Shown: piece after piece, positions 9,442 to 19,532 of the stretch
Numbering within the stretch: the first letter of the stretch is position 1
Layout of the letters: each line of letters begins with the position of its first letter
Assembly: GCA_022969815.1 (NCBI GenBank)
Contig: GCA_022969815.1_4535.1
Length of the DNA stretch: 64,000 nt
Strand: one strand, 5' to 3'
From: Escherichia coli
GTDB lineage: Bacteria > Pseudomonadota > Gammaproteobacteria > Enterobacterales > Enterobacteriaceae
Position numbers and translations under genes: made by a program
Notes under the pieces: model-generated
Told to the model about the DNA's origin: nothing
Seen by the model: only the letters and a program-made list of their open reading frames with translations
The model's database searches: none

Positions 9442-10080
9442 TTATTCGTTGGGGTTGTTAAATAATGATCCATCATCAGTTACTGGTGAGTATTCGCCAT
9501 TAACCTCATGAACTACGTAAATTCTATCCAGAGTTAAATCCAGAGGTGTGGGATCATTGTAGCTATCTCTGAATGATCGAATATGCATGTTGACAGCCTC
9601 TATAGGGGTTGTCATAATATCCTCAATACTCATACGAGTGTTGAAGGTCATAATCATACGCGCTCTAACTTCAGTCTTATCTCCATCCAGAACTGTGTTT
9701 GCCTGTGTGATATTTGTTGCTGACAGGAAACCCATCCCTTTGGAATAGAGATGCTTGTATTTTAATTCCTCTGCACCACGTAGAGCAGCCAGAACATAGC
9801 TCAACAGAGTAGTGGGTCTTCCACGGAAAGCCATGAGTTCAATCTCATAGGTATTGTCCATCTCGTAGGAAAACATATCCTGCTCTATTTTGCCTCGGTA
9901 AGACCACCCGCCAGAATCACTGGAGGTGATAATACGTAGTGCCAGGTATGGATTGGTTGGTTGGACGAACGGTTTGTCCATCACGTAAATTGGCAATCCA
10001 GTTAATTCTTGAAGGAAACTACCTATGTTAAGATAGATAGCATTCTCATACGCTTCGATTTGTTCGTAGATATTAGCCAA
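9442..10080 (-). CDS. hypothetical virion protein (head-tail region)
   Basis: 212-aa ORF in co-directional late block. Confidence 0.45.
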   Translation of the reverse strand: MANIYEQIEAYENAIYLNIGSFLQELTGLPIYVMDKPFVQPTNPYLALRIITSSDSGGWSYRGKIEQDMFSYEMDNTYEIELMAFRGRPTTLLSYVLAALRGAEELKYKHLYSKGMGFLSATNITQANTVLDGDKTEVRARMIMTFNTRMSIEDIMTTPIEAVNMHIRSFRDSYNDPTPLDLTLDRIYVVHEVNGEYSPVTDDGSLFNNPNE

Positions 10081-10522
10081 AGTTTCCTCCCTCTTGATCG
10101 TAATCCCACGTATTGTTTTGATCGTCTAATATGGCGACACAATGATGATGGGTTAGGAAAGTAGTTCGAGTCCAATCTTTAAGGGAGTACACAGAATACC
10201 ACTGACCATCAATCAAGATTTGGTCGGATAGTTGAGAGGTTCCTTGTTGGATGCCTCGCATTTCTGTTTTAGTCCAGAAACTATATTGCGCCTTTGATCT
10301 GTACCCTTCGGGCAGTGCTTTTAGAGTTTTTCCAGAGATTGGTTGCAGACTTGCAGCCGCTATCTCAAACTCTTCATATTCTACGGTACTACCCATATTG
10401 GCGATAACAGAACCTACAGCTTCTTTGTAGACACGTCTACGCCCTTGATATGAGGTAAGATCAAGGAGAGTGAATTGATCAAGTAACACCTGTATCTCCT
10501 TTTTAGTATACATCAAAAACAA
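10073..10522 (-). CDS. hypothetical virion protein
   Basis: 149-aa ORF, overlapping stop/start with neighbour. Confidence 0.45.
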   Translation of the reverse strand: MFLMYTKKEIQVLLDQFTLLDLTSYQGRRRVYKEAVGSVIANMGSTVEYEEFEIAAASLQPISGKTLKALPEGYRSKAQYSFWTKTEMRGIQQGTSQLSDQILIDGQWYSVYSLKDWTRTTFLTHHHCVAILDDQNNTWDYDQEGGNFG

Positions 10523-10534
10523 AATTTATGCAAG

Positions 10535-11023
10535 TTATTTTTTAGACTTGCCTTTTGTGATCTTCGAGTCTATCTCGTTAATCATGTGCCCTGTGTCAAT
10601 CAAAGTATGCGTAGAGTAATTCCCTTTATCACGACGAATCTTAATTGTCACCGGAGAAAGTGCTCTATATCGTTGGGAAGCTATTGCTCTTGCTATTCCT
10701 TCACGAGAAGCTTTCGCTATCGGCTCAAAAACTCCGAGTCCTTTATTTCGCATAAGGTATTGAACAAAAACATTCGGTAATAGCTTGGCTATCTCTTTAC
10801 TGGAAATCACAGCACCGTCAGTCATAAACGGACGGGCTGGAATATTATTTGTTTCGTTACCATATTGCTGGATAGCAGCTATCGCTGGAATAGTGAGATC
10901 TGATTCAGGGTGTCTCTTGTTTTCAAGGAAACCAGCTTCAATTTCCACATTCTCTAATACCATCATCTTTTTAATGATTGTATCCCAGTCTGTGTCTGTA
11001 CCTGGTAAGATCTCACTTTTCAT
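10535..11023 (-). CDS. hypothetical virion morphogenesis protein
   Basis: 162-aa ORF in late block. Confidence 0.45.
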   Translation of the reverse strand: MKSEILPGTDTDWDTIIKKMMVLENVEIEAGFLENKRHPESDLTIPAIAAIQQYGNETNNIPARPFMTDGAVISSKEIAKLLPNVFVQYLMRNKGLGVFEPIAKASREGIARAIASQRYRALSPVTIKIRRDKGNYSTHTLIDTGHMINEIDSKITKGKSKK

Positions 11024-11571
11024 TATTTGTCCCTACGATAATATGATACAGGTCCGTAGTTTCGCAGATAGTTTACGTTACGTGTTTTACGATCTACACT
11101 GGCAACATTACCTAAACCATTCACAGAGTTAGGATCGCTGTTGACACGATCGATTTCACGAGCATCTACACCGCCAATCAGAACACGACTTGTTGCACCA
11201 CGTCCAGCGGTACACCCTGGAATAACCATTAAGCCGTTCAGGTAGTTGTTGTAGATATCTTCCCAAGGAGATTTGTATTCTACTTGACCGTTACTAAATT
11301 TAACTTCTACTTCCACTTCGCCCATCTTTTCACGGCGGGACATTGCACCACCACTTTGACTGTTGTTATTTAAAACATCAGTGTTCCACAGGTATTCAAG
11401 AACAGAAATTAAACTGTTCCATAGAACAGCACACTTATTAGAGTCGGCGTTACCAATAATATCGATCCATGTCTGGATAATCTGAATCAACACTGCGTCT
11501 GGCAAAGTTTCTTGAGACGGATTATAAACAAGGATTCGAACCATTGGTGCCAATTCAGTAGCAATCAGCAT
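11023..11571 (-). CDS. hypothetical virion protein
   Basis: 182-aa ORF in late block. Confidence 0.45.
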   Translation of the reverse strand: MLIATELAPMVRILVYNPSQETLPDAVLIQIIQTWIDIIGNADSNKCAVLWNSLISVLEYLWNTDVLNNNSQSGGAMSRREKMGEVEVEVKFSNGQVEYKSPWEDIYNNYLNGLMVIPGCTAGRGATSRVLIGGVDAREIDRVNSDPNSVNGLGNVASVDRKTRNVNYLRNYGPVSYYRRDK

Positions 11572-11580
11572 AACTTCTCC

Positions 11581-11925
11581 TTACTTTTTACGGAGTGATC
11601 GTTTCTTGGCTGGTGAATCTACTGCTTCAACTTTCAGAACTTCCTGTTCGACTTCGATCTCTTTGTAATCTTCGAAGCTGACAAGGAAATAGCCCATGTG
11701 CTCTTCGCTACTAAACGGATGAACCAACAGACCAGTTTCTTCACGCAGACGTTGTAAGAAATGAATAAAATTACCACCTAAAGCAACACGACCATCTTTC
11801 AGATAGAAAGACATTGGAGGCGCTTGAGTGAGAGTCTTCTCTGCATCCAGATTGCTCACGAGCTTAGAGAAGTCCTGAATCATTTCGTGGTAGCTGAAGT
11901 AACGTTTTAATTGTGGGTTTGACAT
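11581..11925 (-). CDS. hypothetical head-associated protein
   Basis: 114-aa ORF immediately downstream of capsid terminator. Confidence 0.45.
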   Translation of the reverse strand: MSNPQLKRYFSYHEMIQDFSKLVSNLDAEKTLTQAPPMSFYLKDGRVALGGNFIHFLQRLREETGLLVHPFSSEEHMGYFLVSFEDYKEIEVEQEVLKVEAVDSPAKKRSLRKK

Positions 11926-11957
11926 AACAATCTCCTCGGTATATAGTGTTCATATAA

Positions 11958-11990
11958 CAAAAAAGGCTCGCCCATCACGGACGAGCCTCT
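11958..11990 (-). terminator. rho-independent terminator after major capsid gene
   Basis: AGGCTCGCCCATCACGGACGAGCCT hairpin followed on minus strand by TTTTT. Confidence 0.55.
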
Positions 11991-12007
11991 TTTAGAACAG
12001 AGTTCTA

Positions 12008-13006
12008 TTAAGCAGTGGTCAGACGAACAATCAGTTCTGGGCGAACGTTAACTGCCAGAAGAGAGAATTCAGACTGAAGACTTACAGTACGGTGCTCACT
12101 GATCATGAACGTGTACAGTTCACGAGCAACAGTGTTAGCCAGTTCTGGAGTATCCGCAGGAGCGTAGTGCGCCTGGAACATATCCGCGATACCCATAGGC
12201 AGAACATATGCTTCACCAGCAGGGATGTTACCGTGAATATCTTCGATGTAGGTTACGCCGTTCCATTCGAACACCTGAACGTCCATGTTACCGTTCAGAC
12301 GGTCACGCAGGAGGTTAGGAGTGCCCTGGAAGTACTGGTAAGCCTGACGAACGAACGGAGAGTTAACCAGAGAAGCGAAGAACTCACGAGAGCACAGAGC
12401 AACGATACGAGTAGCGGTAGAACCGTCTTGTTTTTCGTCGATGATGTATGCACGAGCTTCTTGCTCAACGGTAGCCGCTGGAGAAACAGTGGTAGAAGCG
12501 AAATCTACAGGAACTGATTTCTGGGTAGCGCCCCACTCGGTGTACCAGTTGTACGCAGAGTTAGCAGCGCCGCCGCCAGTGTATGCACGACCCATTACTG
12601 CTTCAGCAAAGATCTTCTCTTTGGTTTTTGCAGCATCGCGCAGAATCTGCGTCATATAACGGTTAACTACTTCTGCTTCAGTACGCAGAGAGTCGTTGAT
12701 ACCAGCCATAGCGAAGCTACGGAAAGACTGGATATCTTGAGCTTTGATGTTCTTATCCAGTGGGAAGAATGGGATACGGAACACTTTGACTTCTGGAGTA
12801 TCCATAGTCAGGAAGTTACGCTCACCACCACGTTCACGGGCAGGAATCAGACCATCTTGAGTTTTTTGTTTGCCGATTTCAACAACGGTAGTTGCATGGT
12901 ACTGTACATCAAACAGACCCAGGCTGGCAATCAGTGTATCAGGAGTATCCTGAAGTTCGATCATTGGGCTGAAATCAACAACCTGATCTAAAATTACTGC
13001 TGGCAT
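12008..13006 (-). CDS. major capsid protein, putative
   Basis: 332-aa ORF followed by a strong terminator, downstream of portal/scaffold-like genes; Ala/Gly/Thr-rich composition. Confidence 0.55.
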   Translation of the reverse strand: MPAVILDQVVDFSPMIELQDTPDTLIASLGLFDVQYHATTVVEIGKQKTQDGLIPARERGGERNFLTMDTPEVKVFRIPFFPLDKNIKAQDIQSFRSFAMAGINDSLRTEAEVVNRYMTQILRDAAKTKEKIFAEAVMGRAYTGGGAANSAYNWYTEWGATQKSVPVDFASTTVSPAATVEQEARAYIIDEKQDGSTATRIVALCSREFFASLVNSPFVRQAYQYFQGTPNLLRDRLNGNMDVQVFEWNGVTYIEDIHGNIPAGEAYVLPMGIADMFQAHYAPADTPELANTVARELYTFMISEHRTVSLQSEFSLLAVNVRPELIVRLTTA

Positions 13007-13028
13007 TATATTAATCTCCTATCAAAAA

Positions 13029-13421
13029 TTAAGAAGTGAAAACGACTTTTTCAGTCAGTTTCAGATCACGAGTTTCCAGTGCTGCTACGCCAGCGTCGTC
13101 AATCAGATTACCGTTGCTATAGAATACAGCAAAGCGGTTCAGAGTCAGGTCGCGTACACCAACAACGGCGGTGAAAGTGTCACCAACTGCAACATCATCG
13201 ATACCGAACAGAGCATCAGTCCACAGCAGAACTTTAGCAGCATCAGCGGCAGCGGCAGCTTCGGTGTTGTCAGCTTTCAGTACGGAACCAATTTTCATGG
13301 TTGCGGTTTTAACCAGGTTTACTTCGCGTACACAGTGTCCGAGGTCAGAGCTAAAAACTCCACCCAGAACCAGGTGTCCGAATTCCTGGCGAGAGTTAGA
13401 TAAAGTAATTCCTTTAGCCAT
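13029..13421 (-). CDS. hypothetical head protein (decoration or assembly)
   Basis: 130-aa ORF between scaffold-like and capsid genes. Confidence 0.4.
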   Translation of the reverse strand: MAKGITLSNSRQEFGHLVLGGVFSSDLGHCVREVNLVKTATMKIGSVLKADNTEAAAAADAAKVLLWTDALFGIDDVAVGDTFTAVVGVRDLTLNRFAVFYSNGNLIDDAGVAALETRDLKLTEKVVFTS

Positions 13422-13440
13422 TTAATTTAATCTCCTAAGA

Positions 13441-14559
13441 TTATTGTTTCTGGGCTTTTTTGAGTTCGGCAGCTTTCTGACGAATCAGTTCAGATGCAGA
13501 TTTGGCAACAACTTCCACATTGGCAACATCAGCGCCTTGTTCTTTACCAAACTCTTTCTTAACTGCTTCAACTTCTGCACGGGCTTTTTCGAATGCGTTA
13601 ACAACAGTTTCAGCGATCTCTTTATTATCGATCAGGTATTTAACCAGTGCTTCAACTTTTTCTTCTTCTACGAAAGCGTAAGACTTAACAACAGTGGTGT
13701 ACTCTTCTTCGATACGAGCCAGTTCAGCTTTACGAAGTTCTTCTGCTGCGAGTTCTGCTTTAGCGATCTTTTCCTGTGCTGCCAGTTCTGCTTGTTCACG
13801 GGCTTCTGTCGCTGCTTTTTCTACAGCTTCAGCAATCTGTGCTTTCATCAGGTCTTGGAATTCGGCAGATTTCAGGAATTCTTCTTTGTTAATATTTTCC
13901 AAAGGTAATTCTCCTTTATTGATTCCAGTTGTGTTTGCAGATTTGTCACCTGCGGGGTTAGCCTCTGCATCCACAGAGTTCTTATTGGTTTGAGCATTAT
14001 GTGCTTTCACCAGATAATCTTTAACTTGATCGTGTTTCAGAGCACCTTTAATAAGATCGCCAAGAGCATCTTCGATCAGGTCTTCAAAGAAATCGACGGA
14101 AACCATAACGTCACCATCAACAACTTGATAATCGGTAGTACGTACAACAGGTTTAGCAACTTCTTCGAGTTCAACAACTAAACCGTTCAAAGTAAAGTTT
14201 ACGGCAAACATACCGTGATCAGAACAGAAGATTGCAACGTTAGCATCAAAGTCTACATCTGCCAGCCAAACCCAGTCCCAACATGTGGAGAACTTTTCGT
14301 TTACAGCGTTGGCGATGCGGTCCATTACTTGCTGAATGTAACCTTTACGTAATTCAGTAACGTCTTCACCCATTTTAGCCAGAGCTTCGATTTTCTCGAA
14401 GGTCACTTCAGGAGAGCCGTCAGATTTAAAAAGCAGTGGGGTATTGTAACCAGACGCTGCACCACCTTGAAAATCGAAAGTGTATGCGATATGTGCGCCC
14501 AGAGTTTCTTCCGTAGCTTTACCCGAAAAGTCTACGTTAGTAAGATATGTATTTGCCAC
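13441..14559 (-). CDS. scaffolding-like protein, putative
   Basis: 372-aa ORF with long C-terminal Ala/Glu/Lys-rich coiled-coil-like region. Confidence 0.4.
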   Translation of the reverse strand: MANTYLTNVDFSGKATEETLGAHIAYTFDFQGGAASGYNTPLLFKSDGSPEVTFEKIEALAKMGEDVTELRKGYIQQVMDRIANAVNEKFSTCWDWVWLADVDFDANVAIFCSDHGMFAVNFTLNGLVVELEEVAKPVVRTTDYQVVDGDVMVSVDFFEDLIEDALGDLIKGALKHDQVKDYLVKAHNAQTNKNSVDAEANPAGDKSANTTGINKGELPLENINKEEFLKSAEFQDLMKAQIAEAVEKAATEAREQAELAAQEKIAKAELAAEELRKAELARIEEEYTTVVKSYAFVEEEKVEALVKYLIDNKEIAETVVNAFEKARAEVEAVKKEFGKEQGADVANVEVVAKSASELIRQKAAELKKAQKQ

Positions 14560-14561
14560 AA

Positions 14562-15041
14562 TTAGTCCTTCTTGACTTTCACGCCCATCGCACCTATACT
14601 CAAACCTTTAAGAACGCCGTCCTTACGAGCTTGATATAGTTCAGGGTCGTTGAATTGGATTTTAACGAGGGGAGTTCCTTCCACAACGAGTTCGTCACCA
14701 ATGTAACAATCAACTTCGTTCACCCAAGCTTTAACTGGGGCAAATTTGTCTGTGTTCTTCATGTGACCAAGATTACCACTTACGTTAGTAATATTCTCAT
14801 TGAAGTTGTCTACCATCTTCCTGATTTCCATATCAGACATACGCTCACCGTGGAGGTCGTCTTTTTCAGGTGGACAATACAATACCTCAATAACCTGCAT
14901 TTGCTCTTCGTCAAACTTATTATGTTTGATTACTGTTTGAGGTTGTTGAGGGGGTGTAGAATCTTGTTGGGATGGGGTTGATTCTTTCATACCGCTGAAC
15001 GATTTGAAGAGTTCCCAGAGTGTATCTTTATTAAGTTCCAT
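14562..15041 (-). CDS. hypothetical head morphogenesis protein
   Basis: 159-aa ORF between portal and scaffold-like genes. Confidence 0.4.
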   Translation of the reverse strand: MELNKDTLWELFKSFSGMKESTPSQQDSTPPQQPQTVIKHNKFDEEQMQVIEVLYCPPEKDDLHGERMSDMEIRKMVDNFNENITNVSGNLGHMKNTDKFAPVKAWVNEVDCYIGDELVVEGTPLVKIQFNDPELYQARKDGVLKGLSIGAMGVKVKKD

Positions 15042-15132
15042 ATGAACCTCTTAAAAACAAATATCCCATAAATCTTAGTCTACAGGATATTCGTCATTTT
15101 GTCAATACCTAAAATCAAAAAAGTTTAATTTT

Positions 15133-16698
15133 TTAATTCGATAAGTTTGCTGCTGATGGATCAAGAGCCGAAACGCTGGTGGATGTACCTGTACCTGCGG
15201 TCGCCATACCGTCTCCAGAACGTGAAGTTTTATCTGGCATGAATGTCTCCATATATTCTACGAATTTATCCTTGTCAGAAACAATGTCGTCTGGTATACG
15301 ATAATCAAAGCCTAACTTCTCTAAGAACTCATTGATAATTTCCGCTGTAAGTGGAATAGCTCCTGCTGCAACAATCTGTTGGATCGCTTTAGCGTTTACT
15401 TCGATATCAGGATCACCCATTTCACCACTAACAAACTTCGGCATATCTTCATCAGAAAGGAAGATATTGTTTAAGCGAAGTGCTTGTGGAATGAGTTGAG
15501 AGTTAATAGCTTCAACAACAATATCTACATCGCGTTCAATGAAGTGTGAGAGCAGGGTCTGTTTATTATCGGACAATGCAAAACTGCCAGCGTCCCCGTC
15601 ACCCATTATCAATACACCCGCACCAAAACGGTTGTAAATATCCAGTTTACGTTGTTTGATCAGTTCTTGCGTATCAAACTGTTTACCAGCCCCTTCTACG
15701 CCCTGGAACACCAGATCGTACTGACGCATAACAGTTCCTTCATAAACGTCTGAAGGTAATACCATGTATGCTTGTTCACCAGAGTGCAGGTTGGCAATAT
15801 TTGCCTGGAGAACTCGTAAGGACTGTGCTTCATCTCCAGCAGGATCAAGAGATGCGCGGTTAAGAATATCGCTCGGTACTTTCAGAACAGGCATACCGCC
15901 CAAATCTTTAGAAACCCCGATAACTTCGAATTCTTGAATTAAAGATTTTTCACGCCAACTACGATAAACAGCCAACAGAGGTGACACACCCAAAGGATTG
16001 TTTTCTGTGATATTGCTACCCACAAAAATAACCTTGTTCATAGGGATTTGACGTACACCCAGTTGCAACTTACTGTTACCTGGAGCCAACATGGTATTAG
16101 TGATGTTCTGGTTTACCGAAATAACGGTGCGACCATCATCAGAATAGGTGAAAGGGTTTGCCATATCCAAAGTATCTTGCGGTCGGAAAGCAAGTTTAGT
16201 GAGGCGGTAATAGCCATAGTATGGACTCTTCGGATCTTCGTCAAGTTCAAACACCTTTTCAGCAAATGCAAAACCGAACTGTTTGTAAGTAAGAAGAGAT
16301 CTCACATACTGACGTAATGGTGCTTGCATGTTGCGTAACATATATTCAATAAACTTTGCAGCTTTTCTTGACTTGGCAGAGTTTACGTTGTATTTTATTT
16401 TAAAGTCGAAAAATGCTCTGTCTACGAAAATGTATGTTGCGTCAAGAGCGGTAGCAACATCTGGGTCTTCACCCATTTCCTTATAAGTACGGATGTTTTC
16501 AGGAAAGCGTGTTTCATACGGTTGCATGAAGTTAGTGAATGCTTTGATTGAGTTCAACCCAATCGTCCCGATTTCAGGAGAGAGAAGTAAACTCTTTTCT
16601 TTCTCTGCCTGTTTTGACGGAGAGAGAGCAGCTTTGTTCACTGCACTTTGTTTCCAGTAATCCGACTTCTTAGTGTACTGTCTTTTTTCTGTTGACAC
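15133..16698 (-). CDS. portal protein, putative
   Basis: 521-aa ORF immediately downstream of large terminase gene. Confidence 0.5.
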   Translation of the reverse strand: MSTEKRQYTKKSDYWKQSAVNKAALSPSKQAEKEKSLLLSPEIGTIGLNSIKAFTNFMQPYETRFPENIRTYKEMGEDPDVATALDATYIFVDRAFFDFKIKYNVNSAKSRKAAKFIEYMLRNMQAPLRQYVRSLLTYKQFGFAFAEKVFELDEDPKSPYYGYYRLTKLAFRPQDTLDMANPFTYSDDGRTVISVNQNITNTMLAPGNSKLQLGVRQIPMNKVIFVGSNITENNPLGVSPLLAVYRSWREKSLIQEFEVIGVSKDLGGMPVLKVPSDILNRASLDPAGDEAQSLRVLQANIANLHSGEQAYMVLPSDVYEGTVMRQYDLVFQGVEGAGKQFDTQELIKQRKLDIYNRFGAGVLIMGDGDAGSFALSDNKQTLLSHFIERDVDIVVEAINSQLIPQALRLNNIFLSDEDMPKFVSGEMGDPDIEVNAKAIQQIVAAGAIPLTAEIINEFLEKLGFDYRIPDDIVSDKDKFVEYMETFMPDKTSRSGDGMATAGTGTSTSVSALDPSAANLSN

Positions 16699-16801
16699 TT
16701 TCTTCCTCCGGCACTGTGCTTAAAGATCAATAGGGCAAGGGTTAAATAAATTAACCCGCCCATAAAGTCATTGTACACTTTAAAGTAACTTTTGTCAACA
16801 A

Positions 16802-18880
16802 TTATCTTCGACGAGGGGCACTTACCGTAGTGAAATGCCTTGAGTTCATGTTACTGTACCCAGTAGGTGCATTTGTTGTTGCAGGTATCGCTACAGCCTT
16901 GTGTGCCGTCTCTTTCGCCAGAGTGTTGAAGCAAGATGCTGCGGCATCTGGAAGGTCATCTTTAAGCATTGCTGTAGATCGTTCACCGTTAAAAGATTCC
17001 AATTCTTTATAAAAGTGATTCAAAGTTTCAATGTTAGGAAATGAATCTTCCACGATATAAACAAAGCCGTTCTGACAGGCACTACTGAATGGCATGAAAC
17101 GTTGGAGTTTCTTTTTGTTACCTGGCATTGCGTCCGGTTTAACAACGAAGCCTTCAACAATAAGTTTTTTAGCCGATTCCGTGTATTCGATGAGTCCAGC
17201 ACCAGACGGGTCTTTTGGAAGAACGATCTGAACATCTGGTCCATCAATCTTAGCTTGTTGGAGGATCAGGTTATCCCTGTCACCAGGTAAGCGTCGGAAT
17301 CTTCCGAAAACTTTACTCTTCTCGTCTATAGCATCGTAATCATAATCCCCGAAGATATAAATGTTCCCGTTTAGGTCTTTACCCATCTTAACAGATGCCG
17401 TATAGTCGGGATAACGATAACGTTCACTTGGAACGGATACAGCTTTATCCCATGCACGCATATACTTCATGTTGTTAGGAACATCTTTGTATTCTATCTT
17501 GTGAAGCCATTCACGTTGGAAGAATGATTCCTCTTGAATACGGGCAAACCAACAACCGTCCAGAAGCTGTGCTCGCTTGATCGCTGTCTGCGATTTAAGA
17601 GAAGCCAGGTATTTCGGGTTAAGGCGAATCAGTTCAGGGTTATCAAAGATCGTACCACCGATAAACACAAACGTTTGAGGCTCGATCGTAACAACCTCAC
17701 CAGTGTTTGGGTTCTCCATGAAACAGTTTTCAGGATACTTCTCTTTAAGTTCCTCTGCTGTGTCGGCAAATACAGGCTCATCATTTACAATAATGAAGTA
17801 GGTTTGTTTACCACACATATCTTCACGAGGATAACCACCTTCGTCAAGATAAGGTAACACCCAGTTCAGTACCCAGCTATCCGCATCGGGGTTACAGGTA
17901 CAGAGCATGAAAGATGTTTCTGACTCGGAACGCATACGACCGAGAAGATAAAGCATCTCATACTGGGTGAAATGGGTGAGTTCGTCAAAACCAACCATAC
18001 TGTACTGTGTACCCTGATGGTTAGTCTCGGCTGTAACGTTATCATTTTCCAGATGGTCAAACTTCAAAGTACCGCCGTTAGTGGCCTCGAAGATAATGTC
18101 CATCGTACTTTCTTTTACGTGCGGTTGTAAAGGCAGGTACAGACGTTTAGCTTCTGTAAACAAACCACCTGGCTTACGGTGTGCAGTGGTGTTCTTACGG
18201 AATAAGATACCACCGAACAAAGGATCTTTATAGGCAAACTTAAGAGCTTTTAGCAGTAGCAGACGAGACTTGCCGCTATTGCCAGTAACGAAGCAGTGAT
18301 TGCCCCGTCTAAGGACAATATAGCTACTTGGAGTTTCAAAGCAATATTTTTTATCATCGGATGTAATAACCTCGTGTATTTTTAAATAAGTGTTTTGTTT
18401 GCCTGGGATGTTAAACGGAACGCGCTTACCAAAAGGATCTTCAATGTATCCTTTCAGTGGTGCTCCTGCTTGTTGCAGAGCAATAAGATCTCCCACAGCA
18501 ATCTCAAAATGTTTTTTGGATTTCTTTTTCTTGTAAAAGACGAAACGATGTTCCATACTCAATTCTTGGAACACTCCTGCACCGTTAGTGATTCGGTACA
18601 AGTTATCATCTTTCATATCATATTCTACGAAGTAAGGCGTGACCAATTCTAAGCGTTTTCTCTTAGGATTATACTGATAGATATCTTCTCCGCTGTATTG
18701 GCTTATTTGTTTCCAGCCGTCGCGGGTAAGATACTCTGTTTCAGCAGATACACAACCTGCGGCACCACCATAAATCATAACTTCCGGCATTAGATCCATT
18801 GCCAGCGTCTGTTTACCTGGTTGAGCTTTTACTTCGATATCAGCGCCAGCTAAACTGCCAGCCGCTTTTTTCTTAGCCAC
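16802..18880 (-). CDS. terminase large subunit (intein-containing precursor)
   Basis: Walker B-like MVGFDELTHF plus downstream nuclease-like region; Walker A is reconstituted as YGGAAG|SGKS only after removal of residues 43-201. Confidence 0.8.
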   Translation of the reverse strand: MAKKKAAGSLAGADIEVKAQPGKQTLAMDLMPEVMIYGGAAGCVSAETEYLTRDGWKQISQYSGEDIYQYNPKRKRLELVTPYFVEYDMKDDNLYRITNGAGVFQELSMEHRFVFYKKKKSKKHFEIAVGDLIALQQAGAPLKGYIEDPFGKRVPFNIPGKQNTYLKIHEVITSDDKKYCFETPSSYIVLRRGNHCFVTGNSGKSRLLLLKALKFAYKDPLFGGILFRKNTTAHRKPGGLFTEAKRLYLPLQPHVKESTMDIIFEATNGGTLKFDHLENDNVTAETNHQGTQYSMVGFDELTHFTQYEMLYLLGRMRSESETSFMLCTCNPDADSWVLNWVLPYLDEGGYPREDMCGKQTYFIIVNDEPVFADTAEELKEKYPENCFMENPNTGEVVTIEPQTFVFIGGTIFDNPELIRLNPKYLASLKSQTAIKRAQLLDGCWFARIQEESFFQREWLHKIEYKDVPNNMKYMRAWDKAVSVPSERYRYPDYTASVKMGKDLNGNIYIFGDYDYDAIDEKSKVFGRFRRLPGDRDNLILQQAKIDGPDVQIVLPKDPSGAGLIEYTESAKKLIVEGFVVKPDAMPGNKKKLQRFMPFSSACQNGFVYIVEDSFPNIETLNHFYKELESFNGERSTAMLKDDLPDAAASCFNTLAKETAHKAVAIPATTNAPTGYSNMNSRHFTTVSAPRRR
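18278..18754 (-). mobile_element. mini-intein (159 aa, no endonuclease domain) in terminase P-loop
   Basis: Begins CVSAETEYLTRDG (canonical block A), internal SMEH (block B-like), ends ...HCFVTGN followed by Ser +1; excision yields perfect GxxxxGKS P-loop. Confidence 0.7.
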
Positions 18881-18889
18881 TTCTCCTCC

Positions 18890-19231
18890 TTACTTACTGA
18901 TAATCCCTTTCTCTTGCAGAGCCTTAATGTAGTTTTGTAAACCGATCACTTTGTTTCGGTCTTGACTCCAGAGAACATTATTTGTGGTCCCGTTATCAAC
19001 TACTTCAGAACGAGAAACACCTTTAGCAATTTGTTGATCTGTGTACGGTACAGGTTCACTTACACCTTCCATTAAAGAAGAGTCTGGTCCTCTGACTTCC
19101 TGCACTGCTACAGCTTTACATTCGTCAATTAGAATCGGGGAGGCTTTTGTTGAGGATGTGCAACCCGTCATCATTAGGGCCGAAGCAAGACATAGACCCA
19201 GTAGTAGTTTTTGCATAATTTGTTTTCTCAT
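18890..19231 (-). CDS. o-spanin (outer-membrane lipoprotein, Rz1-like), putative
   Basis: Signal peptide ending in lipobox-like ALMMTGC; gene overlaps 3' end of i-spanin gene in another frame. Confidence 0.45.
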   Translation of the reverse strand: MRKQIMQKLLLGLCLASALMMTGCTSSTKASPILIDECKAVAVQEVRGPDSSLMEGVSEPVPYTDQQIAKGVSRSEVVDNGTTNNVLWSQDRNKVIGLQNYIKALQEKGIISK

Positions 19232-19532
19232 CGTTTACCTTCTTCTCCTTGTTTGCTAAATCTTTTTTCAATTTAGCATTCTTTTCGGAGAGGGAAGCTA
19301 TTTGGTTGTTAAGTGCCAGACGTTCATCATCGGCTTTCTTTTGAAGAACATCGAAGTCTTGTTTAGCTTTTGCTTGTTGTTGCTGATAGATAGTTACTTG
19401 ATGTTGTTCTCCTGCTGCGTAACCATTATCATACAGAGCCTTTCCGCCGAAGTACAAACCAGCTAAAAGTGCAACTAACAGAAGAATAACGTAAAACCAC
19501 TTACTCTTCAGAATCATTGTTATCAGTGTCAT
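19125..19532 (-). CDS. i-spanin (Rz-like), putative
   Basis: N-terminal transmembrane helix WFYVILLLVALLAGLYF followed by coiled-coil-like periplasmic domain; overlapped by lipoprotein gene. Confidence 0.5.
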   Translation of the reverse strand: MTLITMILKSKWFYVILLLVALLAGLYFGGKALYDNGYAAGEQHQVTIYQQQQAKAKQDFDVLQKKADDERLALNNQIASLSEKNAKLKKDLANKEKKVNDEKTNYAKTTTGSMSCFGPNDDGLHILNKSLPDSN

